Origin: Myxococcota bacterium
GTDB lineage: Bacteria > Myxococcota_A > UBA9160 > SZUA-336
Assembly: GCA_965247115.1 (NCBI GenBank)
Contig: CBDFGR010000002.1
Location: 1,664,001 to 1,728,000 of the forward strand
Direction: 5' to 3'
Length of the DNA stretch: 64,000 nt
Positions within the stretch are counted from its first letter, which is position 1. Every line of letters starts with the position of its first letter. The notes under the pieces were generated by a model. It searched no databases. It saw only the letters and a list, made by a program, of their open reading frames with translations, and had not been told where the DNA came from. The position numbers and the translations under genes were made by a program. Below are positions 58,100-64,000 of the stretch, piece by piece.

Positions 58100-59044
58100 A
58101 TGGAGGAACGGCAGCCGAACGAGCTGCGCGAGCGGCAGAGCAAACTCACGTCGGTCGCGTGCTGGCTGGTGCTGGCCGCGGTCCTGCTCGGGGTGCTGCG
58201 TCTGACCTCGATCGGCGCTCAGACGACCCCGACGCTCGAGTTGTCGTCTGCCTCCGAGGTCACGGTTCCTCTCTGGTCCCCCGCCGGCTCCCGCGGGCAT
58301 CGCCTGGTCGAAGTTCAGCTCGGCCCAGCAAAGGAGCGGTTCCTCCTCGATACGGGGGCCGTGAACACGGTCATCGCTCCCGCTGCAGCGGTGCGAGCGG
58401 GACTCGGCGAGAGCGCGCGGCCAGTTCTGACGGCACTCAACGCGTCGTTCGACGTTCGACCGCTGGTGCGCGTAGACGAGCTCTCGATCGGCTCCCGGGT
58501 CTACGCGGATTTCGAAGCCGTCGTGGTCGACACCTCGCACCTCCACAGGATCCTGGGGAGCGAGATCTCTGGAATCATCGGGATGAACGTGCTCGGTCAG
58601 ACCCCATTCGAGATCGACTTCGTGAACGACGCGCTACGGATCGGTGGCTCGCTCGAAGCCTTCGCGTCCGCCCGACCCGCGGGGGCGGCAGACACGATCT
58701 TCAGCGTGCTTGACCTCGACGGAACCCTCGTAGCCGAGCTGTCGATCGAGGGTCTTCCCGCCCGCTTCGTGATCGATAGCGGAGCGGTACCGACCACCGT
58801 GCAAGCGGACCGCGCCTTCGAACGACCGGTGTACGGTGGCGTCACGACTCGGTTCGACGCCTCGGGTGCAGAGCCGGCACGCGTGGAGAGCGTCGTGCTC
58901 GACTCGCTGGTTCTCGGACACGTCCGGCGTCGGAACTTTGCCGTCGACCTCGGGGAGTTTAATCTGCTCGGCGCAGACTTCCTTCAAGGGACGGTGCTGT
59001 TCATCGATCCCGAGAGTGGTCAAGGCGTGCTGCGAACGCCTTGA
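58100..59044 (+). CDS. Two-domain retropepsin-like aspartic protease
   Basis: N-terminal anchor; LLDTGA...GIIG and VIDSGA...LLGADFL. Confidence 0.85.
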   Translation: MEERQPNELRERQSKLTSVACWLVLAAVLLGVLRLTSIGAQTTPTLELSSASEVTVPLWSPAGSRGHRLVEVQLGPAKERFLLDTGAVNTVIAPAAAVRAGLGESARPVLTALNASFDVRPLVRVDELSIGSRVYADFEAVVVDTSHLHRILGSEISGIIGMNVLGQTPFEIDFVNDALRIGGSLEAFASARPAGAADTIFSVLDLDGTLVAELSIEGLPARFVIDSGAVPTTVQADRAFERPVYGGVTTRFDASGAEPARVESVVLDSLVLGHVRRRNFAVDLGEFNLLGADFLQGTVLFIDPESGQGVLRTP

Positions 59045-59051
59045 GTCCTGC

Positions 59052-59149
59052 CTTGTGGGACCCGGCCGCGGGCGTCCGCGGCCACCCACCTCCGCTCAGG
59101 CCGAAGGCCTTCGCTGCGCGCGCCCCTTCTGCGGCGCTTGCCGGTTGCC
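59052..59149 (+). repeat. Structured dispersed element, copy 1
   Basis: CTTGTGGGACCC-hairpin-ACCCACCTCCG-hairpin-CTGCGCGCGCC...GCGGCGCTTGC; matches 63391-63491. Confidence 0.85.
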
Positions 59150-59252
59150 AAGCCTCCCAGGGGGGTGCCGGTTCTTCACGGAATCTGAACTTAGGGGCGG
59201 TTCGCGGCGCTTGCAGGGAGCCCGGCCAGCTTTCCAGAGTGAGAGGTGGGAG

Positions 59253-59864
59253 TTAGCGCTCGAGGGTTTTCTCGATCCAGCGTCGATACAGCTCGCGGGG
59301 GTGGGCGCCGGTGATCGCGGCGGGCTGGCCTTCCAGCTGCACTGCCGGCACCCCGGTTACCCCTAGGGATATCGCCTCGTTGTGCTGCTCCATCACTTCT
59401 TTCAGCAGGGCGGGGTCTTCGGCACGGGCAAGCTCACTTTCGGGGAGTCCAGCGTCCTTCCAGATGGAGGCGAGCGTCTCCGGGTTTGTGATGTCGTGGT
59501 TGTCCACGAAGTAGGCTCTGAGAAGGCGCTCGTGGATCTCCTCGAAGGCGTCGGGCCCGAGCGCTGCCGCAGCCTTGGCCACGAGGTGCGGCGGTATGCT
59601 GTGGCTCGGTGGGCCCTCGTCACTGCTCCAGACGTTGAACTCGGCGCTGTCCTCGTCCGAGGCGGGGCGTAGCCATGACTGGGTGTACTCCCGGAAGCGC
59701 GCCAGATCGCGGCTGTCATCGGGTTGGGGACGCAGCAGAAAGCTGCGCCACTCGAACTCCACCTGGTCCCCGAACTCCTCCTGGATGCCGCGCAGGCGCA
59801 CCGCCGCGTTGTGGCACCAAGGTCAGAGGTAGTCGGACCAGACGACAAACTTGAGCGGCTTCAC
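59253..59864 (-). CDS. DsbA/FrnE-like thioredoxin-fold selenoprotein, Sec at 59825-59823
   Basis: RBS GGAGGA; GTG start VKPLKFVVWSDYL-U-PWCHNA; WRSFLLRP; cis-Pro GVTGVPA. Confidence 0.9.
59780..59822 (-). promoter_or_regulatory. SECIS-like hairpin
   Basis: TGCC..CGCG-GCG[GTG]CGC-C-TGCG..GGCA; loop starts with G, 21 nt after the UGA. Confidence 0.65.
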
Positions 59865-60012
59865 GAAGCTCTCCTCCCACCTCGATGAGCGGCACGAGCC
59901 TACCACAGCGTACGCAGGACCGATCAGAGACCCCCTCCGCTCCCGCTGGATTGTTGCTATCGTCCAGCACTCTTCCCCCCCAGGGGACAGTCTCCCCCCC
60001 AGGGGAGTCCGG

Positions 60013-60834
60013 ATGGAAAGGCGCACGATCGGGACGCGGCTTGTGGGCGCGTTTCGGAGTCGCAGAACGCCCGGCGCGACTGACGTCGACATGGCGGGGA
60101 GCGAGCTCGGGCAGCGGCTCGACCCCACGCGCTGGGATCTGGGCGAGTCCCAGCGAGAGCTGATCGAGATGGAGCGTCTCGCGACCCAGACGGAGCTTGC
60201 GAGCGACGTTGCGGACGCGATCAACAACCCGCTCGCCGCACTCATGGGTCGACTCCAGATGCGCATCGAGGGGAGCCAGTCGCCGGACGCCGAGGACCAG
60301 CGTCTGTACGCGCTCGGCCGACGCATCGCGAGCGTGGTGCAGGGCATGTTCGAGCTCTCGCGGGGTACGCTGCAGGCGCGCGAGGTCCCGGTCGCCGAGA
60401 TCGTCGAGCAGGCGCTGACCCCCCTCCGAAGCGAGGCGGAGCTCCGCGGGGTGAAGCTCGTCGTGTCTCTGGAACCGGAGCTGCCCAATCTGTTCGGCGA
60501 TCCGGCACTACTCCTGCGCGCACTGTCCGCTCTGCTCGACAACGCGCTCCAGGCAAGCGCAGGCGCAGCAGAGGTCGAGCTGAAGGTGCAGAAGCTCGCA
60601 ACGGCCAGCGCCGTCCGCTTCCAGATCCTGGATGCCGGCCCCGGCATTGCGCCCGAGCTCCGCGAGCGGGTATTTGCTCCTTTCTTCACGACACGGGCGG
60701 GTGCACTCGGGCTTGGCCTCGCACTGGCCAAGCGCATCGCACACGGCCATCGGGGCAGGCTTCAGCTCCGCGGGGCTCCGGCAGGCGGTTGCATCGCAAC
60801 GCTGGAGCTACCCGTTCGCCCGCGTTCCGACTAA
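60013..60834 (+). CDS. Sensor-less histidine-kinase-like protein lacking the phosphoacceptor His
   Basis: H-box region VADAINNPL; N box LLDNALQA, DAGPGI, FAPFFTT, GLGLAL. Confidence 0.75.
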   Translation: MERRTIGTRLVGAFRSRRTPGATDVDMAGSELGQRLDPTRWDLGESQRELIEMERLATQTELASDVADAINNPLAALMGRLQMRIEGSQSPDAEDQRLYALGRRIASVVQGMFELSRGTLQAREVPVAEIVEQALTPLRSEAELRGVKLVVSLEPELPNLFGDPALLLRALSALLDNALQASAGAAEVELKVQKLATASAVRFQILDAGPGIAPELRERVFAPFFTTRAGALGLGLALAKRIAHGHRGRLQLRGAPAGGCIATLELPVRPRSD

Positions 60835-60889
60835 CACTCCTCCGAGGCCGGGGACCTGCCCCGACCTCCACTGAAAGCCCCTGCTTCAA

Positions 60890-62647
60890 GTGCTGGCGCC
60901 CATCGACCTCGCGCTAATCGGCGCATACCTGGTGCTCGCCCTGGCGTGGGGGGCACGACACGCGCGCAGGGCGGGAGCGAACAGCACGGAGTTCTTCGTG
61001 GCGGGGCGGGCGCTGCCATGGTGGATCGCTGGCACCTCGCTCGTGGCGACCACGTTCGCCGCGGACACGCCGCTGGCCATCGCGGGTCTGGTGGTCACGG
61101 AGGGCATCTCGGGCAACTGGTTCTGGTGGGCGGATGTGCTGCCTGCGATGCTCGGGGCGTTCCTGATCGCGCACTTGTGGCGTCGCAGCGGCGTGCTGAC
61201 GGACAACGAGCTCATCGAGCTGCGCTACGCGGGAGCGCCTGCTGCCGGACTGCGGCTCTTTCGCGCCCTCTACTTCGGCGTCCTGCGCAACGCGATCGTG
61301 ATCGGCTGGGTCAACCTCGCAATGCTCAAGGTGCTCCAGCTCGCGCTGGGACTCGACGCGACCTCCAGCCGCTGGCTGCTGGCGGGGCTGTTCGGCCTGA
61401 CCGTGGGCTATACGCTGCTCTCCGGTCTCTGGGGCGTGGTATTCACGGACGCCCTGCAGTTCGTGCTGGCGATGGGGGGCTCGGTCGTGCTCGCCGTCCT
61501 GGCCGTAGGCGCCGCCGGCGGGCTCCCGCAGCTGCTCCACGACCTGCGGGTCACGCTTGGACCTGAGTCCGCAGCGCGCACGCTCGCGTTGATCCCGGCG
61601 CAGCGCGAGGCGTTCTGGGCCTTCGTGATCTACGTCGGCTGCATGAGCTGGTCGACGGGAAATACAGAGGGCAGCGGCTACACCGCACAGCGTCTGTTGG
61701 CCACCCGAGACGAGCGTCACGCGCGTCTCGCCGCCATCTGGTTCGCGGTGGCTCACTTCGTGCTGCGCCCGTGGCCGTGGATCCTCGTCGGCCTGGTCGC
61801 GTACCTGGCGTATCCCGGGCTCGCGGATCCGGAATCCGGCTACGTGCGTGCGCTGCTGGATAATCTTCCCGACGGTCTGCGCGGCGCGATGCTGGCAGCC
61901 ATGCTGGCCGCGTTCATGTCGACCGTGGACACCCAGCTCAACTGGGGGGCCTCGTACCTGACGAACGACGTGTTCAAGCGCTTTCTGCGACCCGGCGCAG
62001 ACGAACGCACGCTCGTCTTTGTGGCCCGGGCGAGCATCGTGGCCCTCGCGGCCATTGGTGCGCTGGCGACCTTTGCCATGCCCTCGATCTCGGGCGCCTG
62101 GAAATTTCTGGCCTCGATCTCGGCGGGGACCGGCTTCATCGCGCTCCTGCGCTGGTTCTGGTGGCGCATCAACGCCTGGACCGAGATTGCCGTGATGAGC
62201 GCTTCGCTGCTCCTGGCCAACGCCCTGATTGTCTTCTCGGACGTGCCGTTTCCCTTCTCCCTTGCCCTGGTGGTCGCGGTTGCGATCCCGTTTGCGCTCG
62301 GGGTCACGTTCCTGACCGCGCCGGTGCCCGAGCGACGATTGCGGGAGTTCTTCGAGCGCCTGCGCCCCCCGGGCTGGTGGGCGCCGGTGGCCCGAGCGAG
62401 CGGTCTGGAGGCTGCGAAGCTGGGCTGGCGCCCCTGGCTCGCGGTGGGAAGCGCGACCCTCGGGATCTATGGACTTCTGCTCGGCGTCGGCTGGCTGCTG
62501 CTGGGCAGGCCCACGCAAGGTCTGGTCGCCGTGGCCATCGGGCTGGCGTTGCTCGTGTGGGCAGTCGTCGCGCCTGAGCGCGGAGTCGTCGCGCCTACAC
62601 GAGAGAGCCCCCCTCGCAGCTCGGCCCTGCCCGAGCCTCGCTACTGA
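60890..62647 (+). CDS. Sodium:solute symporter family protein
   Basis: FFVAGRALPWW, ATTFAADTP, AQRLLA, AAFMST. Confidence 0.92.
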   Translation: MLAPIDLALIGAYLVLALAWGARHARRAGANSTEFFVAGRALPWWIAGTSLVATTFAADTPLAIAGLVVTEGISGNWFWWADVLPAMLGAFLIAHLWRRSGVLTDNELIELRYAGAPAAGLRLFRALYFGVLRNAIVIGWVNLAMLKVLQLALGLDATSSRWLLAGLFGLTVGYTLLSGLWGVVFTDALQFVLAMGGSVVLAVLAVGAAGGLPQLLHDLRVTLGPESAARTLALIPAQREAFWAFVIYVGCMSWSTGNTEGSGYTAQRLLATRDERHARLAAIWFAVAHFVLRPWPWILVGLVAYLAYPGLADPESGYVRALLDNLPDGLRGAMLAAMLAAFMSTVDTQLNWGASYLTNDVFKRFLRPGADERTLVFVARASIVALAAIGALATFAMPSISGAWKFLASISAGTGFIALLRWFWWRINAWTEIAVMSASLLLANALIVFSDVPFPFSLALVVAVAIPFALGVTFLTAPVPERRLREFFERLRPPGWWAPVARASGLEAAKLGWRPWLAVGSATLGIYGLLLGVGWLLLGRPTQGLVAVAIGLALLVWAVVAPERGVVAPTRESPPRSSALPEPRY

Positions 62648-63327
62648 ACGATCTCGAGCAGCTCTACCTGGAAGCTCAGCACCGATCCCGGCTTGATCGA
62701 GCCCTTGATCCCCTGCTCGCCGTAGGCGATTTCCGACGGGCAGACGAGCTCGCTGCGCCCCCCTACCTTCATCAGCTGTAGACCTTCCGTCCAGCACGGG
62801 ATCACCCCATCGAGCCCAAACGTGGCGGGGGACCTGTCGCGCGTGCTGTCGAATACGCTGCCGTCGGTACGTGTGCCGTGGTAGTGCACGCGGACTTGAT
62901 CGCTCCGGTTCGGCTTCGCTCCCGCGCCCGCCTCGAGCTCTGTGTAGATCAGCCCGCTGGGTTTGATAACCGCGCCGGCATCTTCCTGGGCGCGGCTGAG
63001 GAACTCGTCACCGGTAGCTCGCATCCGCTCTCGAGCCTTGCCAACGCGCTGGCTTCGAAGATCGTCGATCCGGCGGGCCCACATCGAGGGAGAGATCTTC
63101 GGCTCGCGACCGAGCGCCCCGTCCGACAAACCGACCAACAGGATCTGGAACTCCGCCTCGCTCAGCTCGAATTCCTGCACGGCCTGGGCGAGGGAGAGGC
63201 CGATCACGTAGATAATCTTCTCCTCCTTCGTCTGCAGCTCGCCCGCCTCCGCCCCCCCGCTGCTCGCGGGCAAGGGAAGGGCCAGGCACAAGACGAGAAG
63301 GAGCAGGCGTGGAAGTGCAGAGAGCAT
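62641..63327 (-). CDS. FKBP-type peptidyl-prolyl isomerase (FkpA/Mip-like)
   Basis: Signal peptide, VHYHGT...FDS, VIPCWTEGL, AYG, FQVELL. Confidence 0.92.
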   Translation of the reverse strand: MLSALPRLLLLVLCLALPLPASSGGAEAGELQTKEEKIIYVIGLSLAQAVQEFELSEAEFQILLVGLSDGALGREPKISPSMWARRIDDLRSQRVGKARERMRATGDEFLSRAQEDAGAVIKPSGLIYTELEAGAGAKPNRSDQVRVHYHGTRTDGSVFDSTRDRSPATFGLDGVIPCWTEGLQLMKVGGRSELVCPSEIAYGEQGIKGSIKPGSVLSFQVELLEIVQ

Positions 63328-63390
63328 GCTGGGTCCCTTTCTCGTCAAGTCCAGCATGGTAATTCGTCGCTTTCGGGCGACAAGTTGAGT

Positions 63391-63491
63391 CTTGTGGGAC
63401 CCCGCGCGCGAGCGGTCGCGCGCGACCCACCTCCGCGCAGGGCTACGCCCTGCGCTGCGCGCGCCGCGTTCCGCGGCGCTTGCAGGGTGCC
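63391..63491 (+). repeat. Structured dispersed element, copy 2
   Basis: Same conserved linkers as 59052-59149 with different hairpin sequences. Confidence 0.85.
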
Positions 63492-63561
63492 CTGTCGTCG
63501 GGTGGCTGCCCCACGGAAGAGTAGTGCTGTCGTCGGGTGGCTGCCCCACGGGAGAGCGGTG
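63492..63561 (+). repeat. Tandem 2 x 35-bp direct repeat
   Basis: CTGTCGTCGGGTGGCTGCCCCACGG(A/G)AGAG(TA/CG)GTG twice. Confidence 0.9.
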
Positions 63562-63646
63562 GCGCGGAAAGCGGTCGCGCGCGCCGGGTTGGGCGGGGCG
63601 CGAGTAACTCAAGCTGGCGCTTGCGAAAATGGGGGGTGCCGGTAGC

Positions 63647-64000
63647 ATGGCGGCCATGAGGCCCGAGCCTGACGCGCCGGCACGAGAGAAGGTCCTGTTC
63701 CATCTCAAGATGCGGGGGCCCCAGTCCGCAGCCATGATCGCACGGCGTCTGGGGGTGACCGCGATGGCCGTGCGCCAGCACCTCTACAAGCTCGCCGAGG
63801 AAGAGCTGGTGGAGTTCGACGATGAGCGGCGCGGTCCGGGGCGGCCGCTACGCGTCTGGAAGCTCATGCCGAAGGCGGATGCTCGGTTCCCCGATGCGCA
63901 CGCGGGTCTCACAGTGGAGCTGCTCTCGACCCTGCGTAGCACCCTTGGTGAGCAAGGTCTCGACAAGCTCATCGCGGAACGAACGCGGCAGCAGGAGTGT
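63647..64000 (+). CDS. HTH regulator, ArsR/SufR-like (partial)
   Basis: REKVLFHLKMRGP...LGVTAMAVRQHL...GRP...FPDAHAGL; runs off the window. Confidence 0.82.
   Translation, partial: MAAMRPEPDAPAREKVLFHLKMRGPQSAAMIARRLGVTAMAVRQHLYKLAEEELVEFDDERRGPGRPLRVWKLMPKADARFPDAHAGLTVELLSTLRSTLGEQGLDKLIAERTRQQEC

Noticed and set aside
63492..63561. CRISPR array
   Set aside because: Only two abutting units, no unique spacer and no cas genes.

Overview
High-GC chromosomal window from a bacterium that is probably deltaproteobacterial or Myxococcota-like (inferred from the sigma54-driven long type IVa pilin and the gene repertoire). It is mostly catabolic, redox and transport genes, plus tRNA-Ser(UGA), one intact IS5 element and a FliB/FliD-like pair. 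Main hidden signals: (1) three genes split by the ORF track are single selenoprotein genes with an in-frame UGA in a redox motif and a SECIS-like hairpin (PrdB/GrdB-like U-P-D-C, AhpD-related C-F-Y-U, DsbA/FrnE-like U-P-W-C); (2) a dispersed ~100-bp element whose two copies keep their hairpins while changing the hairpin sequences; (3) 24-bp inverted repeats bracketing a secreted vWA / aspartic protease pair; (4) local codon and strand skew next to short intergenic motifs; (5) an Lrp-linked ammonia-lyase / feruloyl-CoA synthetase / MFS operon with an atypical specificity signature and probable ATA and CTG starts; (6) back-to-back ECF-like promoters beside a frameshifted ECF sigma gene; (7) several deletion scars. 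All family calls come from motif recognition by eye; no database search was run.
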